Of a stretch of DNA of 64,000 nt, positions 35,507 through 47,575 are shown piece after piece; the first letter of the stretch is position 1; the number at the start of each line of letters is the position of its first letter. The notes beneath the pieces are model-generated. The model did no database searches, had not been told where the DNA came from, and worked only from the letters and a program-made list of their open reading frames with translations. Made by a program: the position numbers and the translations under genes. This DNA comes from Felis catus (Eukaryota), in assembly GCF_018350175.1 (NCBI RefSeq), contig NC_058372.1:133176001-133240000 (forward strand), read 5' to 3'.

Positions 35507-36991
35507 CTGCGTTTTGAATTGTTAAGTAAGATACAAACACGATGCAATTTTCTTGCCAACATTAGTAAAACGTCCTTGGTAAACCAGTCTTCAAAGTGGC
35601 GCTTGTTAACTTACAAGTTTCAGAGTGCCAGCTCCTGGCTGATGGCACCAGACCGCCCATTTTAAATGCCACGGGAGCTAAATACCAACTATCTTTATGT
35701 TTAAATGTTCCTTTAACATCACTCACATTCAAGGAAGTGACAGGGTTTTGTTGTCTGCGTTTTATACCATTAGCATATTCCACATTCCTGGCCATAGTCC
35801 TTTGTTAATTTAATTTGTGTACTTAACAAAGCAGTATATGTACATAGTTTCAGTAAATAAATAGTGCTATACACCCAACAAAGGGAAGTAAGTGTTCCCT
35901 GTTTTCGTCCCTCCTCATTCCTAATTTCCCACTCTGCAGAGACAACTGCATTGAAATCCTTTATATATCTACCCCCCAGGGAGGTACATAATGTGATTGA
36001 CGGGACATGGCTTTATTTTGAAATTAGAGACATTCTTTATTGACTCCCTTTTACCAAATCTTTGTCTTCTTGCCCCCCTACCACCCATATGCTCCTCTCC
36101 ACCGTGGTTCCAATGAGGTTTAAATTACAGTTTTTATTTATATCAAGGGTAGATTGTTTCATGGTAATAATCATGTAAGTAACTAGTCACAGCTGAGCCA
36201 CGTGGTTTACTGTATTTTGGTTATTAATATTATTACCTGCCTTGTTCAGTGTTTTGTTTTCTTTGGAGTTAATGGCTACCTTGTTCTCTTTGTTTCTTTG
36301 CTTAGTTTTCTTTGTACTTATCACTTAATTCAACCCTAACTTTTCCAAAAGAGCTATAAAGATTCTTCCTAATGGTGCCAGTCACATAATAAAATAAGTT
36401 CCACCTCTTTCTTTGGGAGTATTCCTCCTGGACCTCAGACTCCTCTTCCATTCTAACCCACAACGTTTGTTCTAGAAGTTACCAGCACTATCATTCTGAG
36501 AACACCCTTCTTTTCTCCCCTGTGTCAGATCTCTTACATCCCGGATCCCGTATCTTTCCCTTACTTGACTTACTCTCTCATTTTGATGGAGCACATTCTC
36601 CAGTAGCTTTCTGAGAATGGTTACAATGGGGTTAATTTTTGTGACTTATTTCTGTCTAAATATGAATTTTTAAAATGTTTATACTTGAGAGTTTGGATTA
36701 CTACTGTATCCTAGATGGAAGATGACTTTCTCTAAGAATTATTGAAATTTTTGCTTTATTGTTTTAAGTTTTCTAGTGGTACCGTTATTCAAGGCCATTC
36801 TGATACCCAGTTCTCATATGTGATATTGGTTTTTCCCCCTCTCTTAAAAGTTTTAGAAAGTTCTCTGTAACTTTAAAATGTTACAATAATATATCTTTGT
36901 ATAAATCTTTTTTTAACTTATTGCACTGGCCACATTGTGGGCCCTTTCAATCAATACATTTCTGTTCTTCATAAATTCTTGTAACTTTTCA

Positions 36992-37213
36992 GGGGCGCCT
37001 GGGTGGCGCAGTCGGTTAAGCGTCCGACTTCAGCCAGGTCACGATCTCGCAGTCTGTGAGTTCGAGCCCCGCGTCAGGCTCTGGGCTGATGGCTCAGAGC
37101 CTGGAGCCTGCTTCCGATTCTGTGTCTCCCTCTCTCTCTGCCCCTCCCCCGTTCATGCTCTCTCTCTCTCTGTCCCAAAAATAAATAAAAGTTGAAAAAA
37201 AAATTTTTTTTAA
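36992..37213 (+). mobile_element. CanSINE, youngest felid subfamily
   Basis: Perfect 21-bp TSD ataaattcttgtaacttttca. Confidence 0.97.
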
Positions 37214-37749
37214 ATAAATTCTTGTAACTTTTCATATATTATTTATTGGATAAATTCCTAGTCTCTCCTTTGTCTTTCCTCTTTGATTCCTTATCTGACT
37301 TTTTGAGACTCATGTTACTTACATATATAATCTTAGTTGGTATTTGGTTTTCTGGTTTTCTTATCTCTCCCCTGTGTTCCATCTGTGTCTTTTTCTGTTT
37401 GACCATCTGGAAGATATACTATGCTTTCTCTTCCAACTTATCTATTGAAGTTTTTAAAACTTTATTATTAATACTGCTTGAATTTCCTTTTGAATTTCTA
37501 GCAGTTCTTTCTTATTCTCTAAATGCCCTTTTTTGTTCTTTTTATTTGTTGGTTTTGCTTTCTTACCCTCCCCGCCCCCATGGATGCTTTCTTCTCAACT
37601 TAAAAGGACATTAATGATAATCTTATAGGAATGTTTTCCTGCTCCCTGAATTAGTCTGTTTCCTTGGAGTTTCATCTCCTTCGTATTTGAGGGTTTCTCA
37701 CAGTCCCATGGTCCTTGATGGTCCATTCATATCTAAAACTGAGGGCTAA

Positions 37750-37964
37750 GGAGCACCTGGGTGGCTCAGTCCATTAAGCAACCAGCTCTTGATTCCGGCT
37801 CAGGTCATGATCTCACGGTTCGTGAGTTCAAGCCCGGCATCGGGCTCTGTGCTGGTGGTGCGGGGCCTGCTTTGGAATTTCTCTCTCTCCCTCTCTCTCT
37901 CTCTGCCCCTTCAGAGCTCTCTCTCCCTCTTTCAAAATAAATAAATAAACATTAAAAGAAAATA
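37750..37964 (+). mobile_element. CanSINE
   Basis: TSD ctgagggctaa on both sides. Confidence 0.93.
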
Positions 37965-39062
37965 AGTCTGAGGGCTAAAACTCTGAGGAGAAACTCTATA
38001 TACAGATGAAACTTGTCTCTGGCCAGAACTGGGCATTGCTTTAGCAAACCCCAAATATTAATCAGATTCTCCCTTTTGTTAACAGTTTTCCCAGAGAAAA
38101 CTTACCTAATCTTACCTGGATGACAGTGTCCTGAGGAGCAAATGGGGAGGAGAGGCTGGTAGAATTCACTCCTTCCCTAATCTGACTCCCATGTTTTCGC
38201 CATCATGTGTCCTGACCATCCTCAGCCAGAGCTTCTTTGACTCATCCTCTTGGGAGAGCACAGGGCTTCTGCCAGGAGTGAGGGGAAGTGCCCAGCTTTA
38301 CAGGCTGGGGGAGGGGATCTGAGAGACAACTACCTGTTATACAACTTGTTCTGTAGTTTCCACTGCGGTTACCTCTGGTGAGTACCTGTCATCTCCATTT
38401 CCCGAGGCTTCCTGGAGCTCAGTGGTGCCAGACACATGGCTTCTTACTGGCCCTCCACTGACAGCCTTGAGTTTGGGGGTTCTTCTCTCTGCCAAGTCTT
38501 TCCCCCACCTGTTATTAACTGCCCATGTACACCTGTCTTCAGCTGTCCATTAATTTAATGAACATTTCTTGTCTGTTCTCTCATTCTTCCTTAGCCCTTG
38601 TGTATGTACAGCATTTTTGTCACTACCTTTATATTTTAGAGATATTTGGACAAGGAACACAGGAAGGATGTGTACTAACCAGGATGTCTTAACTAAAAGT
38701 TTCTCCTTCTCTTGAATTGATACCGCTGACTTTCCACGTCAAAATATCCTACAGTTGTGTTACATGTCACAGTTGTATTCTGATAGAGGTGACAGGGTAT
38801 TCAGTGGGAAAAGGGGACTCCATGGTCAAGGAATGACATAGACCATCCATGTGATACTTGCTTCTAGATTTCCTTGTGACATCTTGATTATTACGTTCTC
38901 GATTCTGATTTCATTTCTAATTGTGTTTATTATATATCCCCAAGCTATACTCTAGGACCCCTTCAAGTTATATACTATGCTTCCGTATATAATATGTTTA
39001 CTATAGTGTATCATAATATCTATTCATATATCTGGCCATCTGTATTAGAACGTAAGCCCCTT

Positions 39063-39248
39063 GAGGTGCCTGGGTGGCTCAGTCGGTTGAGCGTCCGACT
39101 CTCGACTTTGGCCCAGGTCATGATCTCATGGTTTATGAGTTCGAGCCCCACGTCAGGCTCTGTGCTGACAGTTCAGAGCCTGCTTGGGATTCTCTCTCTC
39201 CCTCTTTCTCTGCTCCTCCCTCTCTCCCTCAAAATAAATAAATAAATA
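39063..39248 (+). mobile_element. CanSINE inserted in an L2 3' end (L2 ~39040-39355)
   Basis: TSD gtaagcccctt. Flanks read tagaa.gtaagcccctt|gggcaaggactgtgttttcttcatctctgtatccccagc, an L2 terminus. Confidence 0.92.
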
Positions 39249-39844
39249 CTGTAAGCCCCTTGGGCAAGGACTGTGTTTTCTTCATCTCTGTATCCCCAGC
39301 AGCTGGCTGAGTAGCTGGAATGTCACAGGGATCGATAAATGGCTGCTGCTGACGAACGGGTGAGGGACGTGCTTTCTTACACATTCCATAATCTCCTATT
39401 CACTGCATACCTGGGGAGAGTCCCTGGAAGTACAGTAGATGCCATGGTGCCTTTCAGCTGAAGCCTCTATGTGCTCTTAAATGAAAAATGATGTAATACC
39501 AGGAGCCCTCCATGACATGGGATGGGGACCTGACATTTGGGGAAAGAACATACATTTTCCGTTTCTCTCCCCACCCCATGCACAGGCCTGCCCCCACAAA
39601 GTACCTGTCTGGCCATCCAAGCCAGACCCTTGGCAGCCCCTAGTCAGAAGCTGGGTGGTTCTCCCTTCTGAAGGAGAGGAGGTATGTTTCCGGTAGTCCT
39701 AAGGCGGACCTCAGAATTTATGTCCTCCGAGAAATAGTTTCATAAATATTGACCAAGTACAGTAGAAATGATATTGTTAGTAAAATATTTCCAGTTCGAT
39801 ATGAGCTAAGCTGGTTTGAAGGGATTACCCTTGAAAACTAATTA

Positions 39845-39945
39845 TCACTTTTTAAAAACTGTTTCTGTGGGAAAATGTATTTCGAGTTCCAAGGCATATA
39901 TGAACTTTTGGAACACTGCTCAATCATATGTTGGGGACTGATTAT
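39845..39945. mobile_element. Possible Tigger15-like DNA transposon end
   Basis: tgtttctgtgggaaaatgtatttcgagttcc...gaacttttggaacac...gttggggactg resembles the recalled Tigger15a terminus. Confidence 0.45.
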
Positions 39946-40368
39946 ATTGTATTTGTAGCCCATTTGGGACTGTGGGAACAAAAGGAAAATCAAATTATCA
40001 ACTGGAATATACCACCCCTGGGAACAACAAATCTAAAGTTACAAAATAGCCTATAATATGGAATATCACATCAGAATAAAAATGAACATATTTTCCACAG
40101 TTTGTGTTATTTGCGGGCTGGCTTGGTATCTGTAAGAAAGAATGTCTTATAAAATTGTACTGCATGGGTCTAATGAAGTTCTGTTTGATTCTGTCCTAGG
40201 CCCTGATGTAGTATAACCAAATTGTAGTCCAGAAAAAAATGACGAATGGGCACTGTGCCACATACAACCCTTACAGTGGACTGAATAATTACCCAATGCA
40301 TCTTTAAAAATCTTTTGGACCCTTGTGAATAGACTAGGGTTGGGTTGGTAGTGGAAGAAAGGATCTCA

Positions 40369-40578
40369 GGGGAGCCTGGGTGGCTCAGTCGGTCAAGTGT
40401 TCAACTCTTGATTTCGGCTCAGGTCATGATCTCGTGGTTTGTAACTTTCAGCCCCGCGGGGGGCTCTGCACTGACAGTGAGGGGCCTGCTTGGGATTCTT
40501 TCTCTCCCTCTCTCTCTGTTCCTTCTCTACTTGTGCTCTCTCTGTCTCAAAAATAAATAAGTTAATGAATTTTTAAAA
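40369..40578 (+). mobile_element. CanSINE
   Basis: TSD aagaaaggatctcag on both sides. Confidence 0.94.
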
Positions 40579-40741
40579 AAGAAAGGATCTCAGAGGTTAA
40601 CGTGCTATCTCAACTTGGCATTGTTGCCTTTTTACTTACATAATAATAATAATATGATCATAGTAACAGTCAACCCAATGTTCCAGAGCAAAATGAAGAC
40701 AGAATACAGGACATTCCAAATTTTGTGATGAAACAAACCCA

Positions 40742-40755
40742 ACACCAGGGGGCTC
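40742..40755 (+). promoter_or_regulatory. Candidate CTCF motif
   Basis: ACACCAGGGGGCTC versus core CCACCAGGGGGCGC (12/14). Motif only, binding unknown. Confidence 0.35.
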
Positions 40756-41839
40756 AGTGGAGCCATTGCTTTTTAAACTGGCAAGATTTGGCAATGATTG
40801 TTTTCCTAAGAAAACACTGCACGGCACAAGCAGCGAGTGGTAGGGACAGAATAAAACTGAAATGAGGGAATGTTCCATAAGAATAAAGAGAGACTAATTT
40901 CTTCTGAAATTAAAATCATTCTTCAAAGACTATATGTCTACTTATTTATCATTTGAGTGGCCTGAATACTTTTAATAGTCCATAGGTCCAAATATATACA
41001 CTAAATGGATATTATTCATTTTGTGAAAGCCTTTAAAAATCCATTTAAGATTATTGTGAAGTTATTAACGATGATAGACAGGTTCTATAAAATCCACACA
41101 ATTAGTTATCATTCAGGGAACAGATATTGACAGAGTGCTTTATTTGGGCTGGACGCCGTGCTGAGTGCATACTGTGGATTAAATATTGGGCTGTAAGGTT
41201 TAATAATATCATTTCATAATCTGTTACCACTGGGCTACAGAAAAAAATGGAGTGACCTTTCCAAATTAAGTATCCCCATAATTGTCAGTATGTGTTTTAT
41301 TGAATATATTGTTTCCTAAAGAGGCCTACTATATTATATGGGTTTTTTCTTTCATTTTAATATTTTATCTGCATGTTTAATTGAAGGAAATGTTACGGTC
41401 TTTCATTTTTTAAACTAAAGCCAAAGTATAAATATGCTTAGCAGTTTACTGCCATCACATTTTCATGTCAGGTAAATTGGACCTATTTCATTTAATAAAT
41501 GAAGAGAAAAGAGTAAAAGACTGTTAGGTTACTGACGAACACGTGCCTAACAAGTAAATGACAGATTTATAAATATAAGATGTCCTTGACTCTCAGTACC
41601 CTGTGGAAGCACAAAAACTCACAGTGGTCTGTAGTCGGTGATAATCATCATATTGGGCTTTTTCTCCACAGCCCTAAGAACATATCACCTACCACAGTAG
41701 TTGTGTACTGTTTGTAAAGGGGAAAAAAAATTCAAAGACTATCCCCCCAAAAAGTCAATTTCATCAGGAGCTAATATTTTCAAGTATTAAATATGAAAAG
41801 TTGAGCTGGAAGTTTCCCCCATCTTCCAAGAGCAGAGGG

Positions 41840-41990
41840 GAGCTGAGTCAGTTCCTAACTCTGATCGTCATAGGACCACATACTTGACCTTCACTACTCC
41901 AAATTCTAAGATGAGGACAATAATCTGCTCTGACCCAGAGGTAAGCAGCAATTAAAAGATGAGGTCACCTGCGTGTAAGCATCTTGCAAA
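41840..41990 (+). mobile_element. MIR-like fragment
   Basis: cttgaccttc...taagatgaggacaataatctgc...taaaagatgag...gtaagcatctt. Confidence 0.45.
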
Positions 41991-43959
41991 GTGGAAGGAC
42001 ATTGCTTTTCTCTTATCATTGTGATTTCCCTAACTCATTTCCTGTTGTGCCCCTAACGCTGTGGGTGGCGCCTGCAGAAGTCTGGCATTCCCGGGAAGTT
42101 GTCTCTGGCTCAGCTCCCGCTGGTGCTGCTGGGGAACCTGGCGCAGAGCAGATCCCGTGGGGAAGGACAGACGCAGGTTAGGATGGTTCCAGGCACGATC
42201 AGTGGCTCGGGATTGCTCTTTCTCTCCCCGTCATGGGTCCTGCCTGTTCCTAAAACTGAGTCCCCTCTTATGGTTCTTACAAGCAGAGGGAGACACAGCT
42301 TACCCGGGTGCGCCCACCTTCGCGTGCGTGGATACATCTGGACCTTCGCATCCATAGCGTGGAGTTGCCTTGAAAAACCAAATACAACCAGGGTGTGGGA
42401 GGTACGGAGAGGGTCTGCTGGTACCGCTCTGCTGCATCCTTCACACTGATGAGCTCTGAAGAATGCATTTGCTATGAAGTATGTCAGTTAAATGTAGTAA
42501 TTATTTTCCTCCCAAGGGAAAAAGGCAGTAAGTAGCACGTGCTCTCTTCACCAACATTACAGCTTTTGCCCCCTGATCACAACCATAGATTTGGGCTGAT
42601 TTCCTATTCTCAGGCAATCAGTCACGGGAGGAGAGAGAGCCATTAGCAGGGTGCCCTAGTTGACCTTCAACTAAATTATTGTTCCATTCCCCTCCTGCCT
42701 TTCTTTCAAATATAAGAAGGAGGGAGTAGAGTAGCCCTCCATTAAAAAAAAAAAAAAAAAAAAGGAAAGAAAAGAAAACAGGTGCCAGGCCAGAGCTGTC
42801 TAGCAAAGGGATGTAATTGAGGGCGACAACGGCATTCTTAGTCTGACAGCTGTTTTGGTGGCCCCACCCCTTTGTGTCAGCGAATAGGAAAATAACTTAT
42901 TAGAGCTGTTTATGTCGGAGACATAGTCGATAAGTATTTGTTGGGCCATAAGTATTGAATATTGCTTTAACAAGTAAGTTTTTGTGTTTTGATATTAAAA
43001 AATCCCCAAAGATGCCAAGCAGAGACGGAGTCCAGTTAGCCTCGGCATAGCTTGGCCCTGTGCGGATAAAGCGCGACAAGCAAATGACAATATGTATTTC
43101 AAATACATATTTTTTATTCTTGCTGTGTCAGAGATGTCCTATCCCAAAGGGAAGGTGTAAATCAGAAATGGTGAAAGCTCGATTCAATGTCATCCCAAAT
43201 AAATATCTCTCAAGCTGTGCAAATGAATACCAGTAAGTACAGCTTGAAACTTGGATAAAAGTACATTACTTTCCAACAATTGGTATTGAAAATAAAGCTA
43301 CTGACAACGAGGGCCATTTGGGGAGATTGGATGTTCTCTTGTTATAACTTTTGGAGCATTTTATATCACTTGGGAAAACCTTAGAGGTGTTTTTCAGCAG
43401 TGCTGCGCAAGACGAATTTCTCCTAACAGTCTATCTCATTGTTATTACAGACAAGTTCAGCGTGAGGAGTGAAGACGGTGATATGACTGCTAATGGCACT
43501 TGGTGCTAATGGATAGTGGAGTAGCTTAGGTTAACATAAAAAACAGTTAGGTAAAGATGTAGGACTGGCCACAATTAATCTCAAGTAGAGCCCGAGTTAA
43601 GACAAAAACCACAAGTGTCAATAACGGCATTCTCTAGTTAGTTCCGAGGGAGATGCGTTGAGAATTATTGTTGGGTTAATTTCTTTTAACTGCAATATGA
43701 AAAATCCCTATAAAGTTCAGTTCTTGATTCCAAGTGGCTGATAATAGATCTGCCCCAGGATGCTGTTACCTGTAATTGGGGTCTCTGTGAACTTTCCAAA
43801 TGTACTGCTGGAGGCAGAGATCAAGCTATAGATAAAAAGGAAATCGATATTCTCTGTTTTGATTCACGCGTTATGCAAAAGCAGTACCTTCTGTTTTATA
43901 CGATGCTTGATATGTATAAATTAATGTGTATATATAATTTACGTATTCTCCAGTTATAA

Positions 43960-44280
43960 AACAGAATCATAAAAAGGAACACACAAACTCATTACTCAAC
44001 TTAAGAAATAGAACATTACTAGTACTGTTGGGGTAGCCTGAAAGTCCCTTCCCCTTCTGATCCCTCCCTCCCCCTACCCCCCACCCCCATAATTGTTATT
44101 CTGGTGTTTTTGGTTTGTCGATTTTATTCTATCCACTTTGTCATTCTTTTTTTCTTCTTTTTATTTTTTTTATGGTTTCTCACATATGTATGCATCCCTG
44201 AACACTATGTTGTTTGGTTTTGAGCTTTAGGAGATGCTATATTGTGTATTTTTTGTTATTATTTTTAATTCAGTCAGTAC
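43960..44280 (-). mobile_element. L1ME-like 3' end
   Basis: actcaacttaagaaatagaacattactagtac...catatgtatgcatccctgaacactatgttgttt. Confidence 0.65.
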
Positions 44281-44446
44281 TTTAATCCAATTACACAAAA
44301 ACACACAAAGAGGCAAATTGGGCCACAAGTCTTCATATTAAAAAATCATTTCCCACCCCAACACCCACTCCCAATTTCAGCTTTTTACATGGATTTTTTA
44401 GATATGCTACACATCTATATATCTTTAAATAACATGCTTATTTTAT

Positions 44447-44672
44447 GGGGTGCCTGGATGGCTCAGTTGGTTAAGCATCTGACTTCGGCTCAGGTCATGA
44501 TCTCACGGTTCATGAGTTCAAGCCCCGCATCAGGCTCTGTGCTGACAGCTTGGAGCCTGGAGCCTGCTTCAGATTCTGTGTCTCCCTCTCTCTCTGGCCC
44601 TTCCCCTCTCGAGCTCTGTCTCTCTGTCTCTCTCTCTCTCAAAAGTAAATAAACATTAAAAAAATTTTTTTT
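44447..44672 (+). mobile_element. CanSINE
   Basis: TSD aataacatgcttatttt/aataatatgcttatttt. Confidence 0.95.
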
Positions 44673-44699
44673 AATAATATGCTTATTTTGCTACTAATC

Positions 44700-46030
44700 G
44701 TTTTTATTTTTCAGTTCTAGAAAAATACCTGTTTTCTTCCCACTTTGGAATGAGAGAACTTGGCTCCTTCAGACATATCCCATCTCCCCACACATATATT
44801 CAGACTCCCCTCTTCTGGATCATTGGTTAGATGATATATGGTTAGATCACTAGTCAGAGTTTCCATAATTGTGACAGCCTCACTACATGGTACAAATGTT
44901 CTGCACAATGTTGGGTTTCCCCTAAAATTAATAATTAACTTACTTTTTTATATGCCCATCGGGAATTCAACTCACAAATTTCTCCCAGTTGTGTAAATCT
45001 CCTTTGAACATCTTCAAACTTATTAAATAGTCTATTATTTTTGCCCTCTTGGAGAAATTTTCCCACCTGTTCCAATCCAGAAGGTCAGCAGCAGCTGTCA
45101 TTAGGAGCTTCGTTCTAGAGACTGTCATTCTAGGGACTGTCTTTGCTTCTCCGTTGCAACAGGTCTCTTGTTTCCTGAGTTCCAGGTCTTTCTCTTCATT
45201 TACATCCTTGTTTTTCTGAAGCGCATGCACCACTAGCTGTGTAGGAAAGGTTGCGTGGGTGATAAATTTTGATATAAGAAATCTAAAAGTGTCTTTGTTG
45301 ACTGGTTATAAAATTCTAGGCTGGAAATTATCTTCCTTTGGAATTTTGAAAATATCAACTTCCAGTCTTGCCACTGAAAAGTTTAGAACCTTTCTACGTC
45401 TGGATCCTTTGCAAGAAAGCTGTAGTTTTCTCTGCAAGATTGTAGGACCTTCTCTTTGATGTAAATATTCTGAAAGTTCATGATGATGTGTCATTCCAAG
45501 ATAGCGGCTGTTTTCATCCATTCTTGCTGGGTGTTCACTGAGTCTTTCAATTTGGAAAATCATGTCGTTGAGTTCTGAAGAATTTTCCTTCAACTGTTTT
45601 ATTAATAGTTTTCTTCTGTCCTCTTGTTATTATGGAATGATTATTATTTAGATGTTGGATCTCCTGGTCCAATCTTTGTGTTTCCGTTCTTTTCCCTTCT
45701 ATTTTCCACCCCTTTGCCAATTTTTCTTTTTTTCCGAGAGACTTCATCAACTTTATCTTCTTATTCCCCAATTGAGTTTTTCATTTCTGCCATCAAGATT
45801 TGACTTTTCCCAAGAGCTCCTTCTTTTCCTGGACTATTTCTTTTTTTATAGCATTCTGCTATTTAATAGATAAGGTTCTTTGCATACCTGAGGATTTCAA
45901 AGTTTTCTTTTTTTCTGACATGTTCTCTACATGCTCAGAATTGTTTCACCTTCCTTTTTTTTGCGTTGATCTTTGTCTCAGAGTGTAGAGATCCATTCCT
46001 GCCTGTTCATGTTTGAGAGCGGTGTGCTAA
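44700..46030 (-). mobile_element. Ancient L1 ORF1 region (decayed)
   Basis: ORF 45306-45593(-) ENSSEL..FQIER..P..DEN..CKG...NFS...FKI.KEDNFQPRIL matches L1 ORF1p motifs (ENFPEL, IERAH, YKG..IR..DFS, FQPRILYP). Confidence 0.8.
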
Positions 46031-46059
46031 ATAGCGTGCTGGAATTTCAATTGTATGCA

Positions 46060-46545
46060 TTAAAACATATCTTTCCCAAGTTTATGGTTTGCCTTTTCAC
46101 TTTTTTATGTAATTCCATGAATAAACTTTCCTAAGCTTCATGTGGCATATTTCAATTTTTTCCCTTAGGCTTTCTGCTTTTTATTTCTTGTCTAATAAAT
46201 TCCTCTTGATGATAAAGGTATTTTCCTATATTGCCTTTTAAAGGTCCCATACTAATGGTTGTGCTTTTCACACAACTAAATGAGACTAAATAATGCATAT
46301 GATTGGAGATTGGCATCCAATCTCATCCTTTTTCCATACGGATGGCAAGCTGCCCCAGCCCCATTTATTGAAAACTCTATTCTTTCCTCACTGATAACAA
46401 TGGCAGAAATATCATAACTCAAGTTTTTGGCTGGGTCTATTTCTGGGCTCTCTAATCTGTTCCATTGTTCAAATTGTCAATTTTTTGTCGATACTATATA
46501 GTTTTATAGTTAAGACTTGATAGGACTTCCTACCTTATTCCTTAC
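46060..46545 (-). mobile_element. Ancient L1 ORF2 fragment
   Basis: ccagccccatttattgaaaa, gggtctatttctgggctctctaatctgttccattg are classic antisense ORF2 motifs. Confidence 0.8.
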
Positions 46546-46616
46546 CTAGAATAACAATCTGAAAATAAAAGGCGGGGAGAAACAGTTCCTAACGTGAAAT
46601 AAATAGTAGGCTTGAC

Positions 46617-47575
46617 TTCATTCATTCATTCATTCATCAAAAATGTATTAAGCACTTACCATGTTTCAGACAATCTCCAGGAACTGAAAAATAAATGAGA
46701 CCCAACTTCTGCCCTAAAGGAATGAACAACCAAAGAGGGAAGACCAGTTGAGAGTTACACATTAATTCTGTTAGGAGGCAGACTATGGGATGCATAAGAG
46801 ACTGTGTGCCCAAAGAGAGAAGAAGTAATTATACCCAGGGATAGTTAGGAAAATCTTGACAGGTTTGACCAATAAAGGGGAGAATCAACTTGGTCTGAAA
46901 AGATTAATTGGTGTTTAATAGGAGAGAGAAGGGAAGAAGTACACCGGAAGGAAATTCATGGAGCGATGAAAGTCCATCATCTGGTTCATCATAAAGGGTC
47001 GAGCAAAGGAGGAGATAAGGTTAGAAGGCAGGTTATGACCAGATGGGGAAAGACTGTATGCCCACCTGAGACGTCTAAACTTCACCCTGTAGACAGAGGA
47101 TCTGAAGTAGGAAGGTGATACCACTTTTGTTGTACATTTGGTGGCATAAACCCAGGGTGTAGTAGGGGCTGGGGAAAGGCACTGTGTATGGAGAGGCCAG
47201 TTCCAGGTACGTTGTCCATGGGAGAGATGCTGAGGTCTTAACTCAAGCAGGAGTGAAGGAATGGAAAGAAGGTAACAACAGATCGAGAGACACCCAGAAA
47301 GAGGAAGAATGGAGGGTGGTGAAAGTGGTTGTCGACGTAAAGGGAAGGGTGGGGTAAAAGACAGCAAAACTTCTAGCTTGGGTAACCAAGTGGGTAGAGA
47401 TATCACTAATCTTTAGAAACAGAAATCACTCTGCCACAAGAATAAAACAAAGTGTCTGGTAGAGGAGAGAGACAATCCATGACGTTAAATTTGATCATGT
47501 CAAGGTTAAGGGCCCCCAGGACTTCTGCGTGGAGAGATAGGAAGGCAGTTAGAAGTACACACTTAGAGCTGAAGC
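46617..47575 (-). mobile_element. L2 element
   Basis: (TTCA)n terminus plus aaatgtattaagcacttaccatgt, followed by a purine-rich antisense L2 body. Confidence 0.8.

Larger units (their letters stand above)
35810..38700 (-). mobile_element. Ancient L1 (L1ME-like) ORF1/inter-ORF/5' region, interrupted by two SINEs
   Basis: ttttgatggagcacattctccagtagctttctgagaat; aggccattctgatacc; tgcactggccacattgtgggccctttcaatc. T-rich antisense ORF1 composition. Boundaries approximate. Confidence 0.65.

Noticed and set aside
46915-47406. 163-aa ORF
   Set aside because: It lies in decayed L2 sequence, has a low-complexity S/P/L composition and shows no intact RT motifs.
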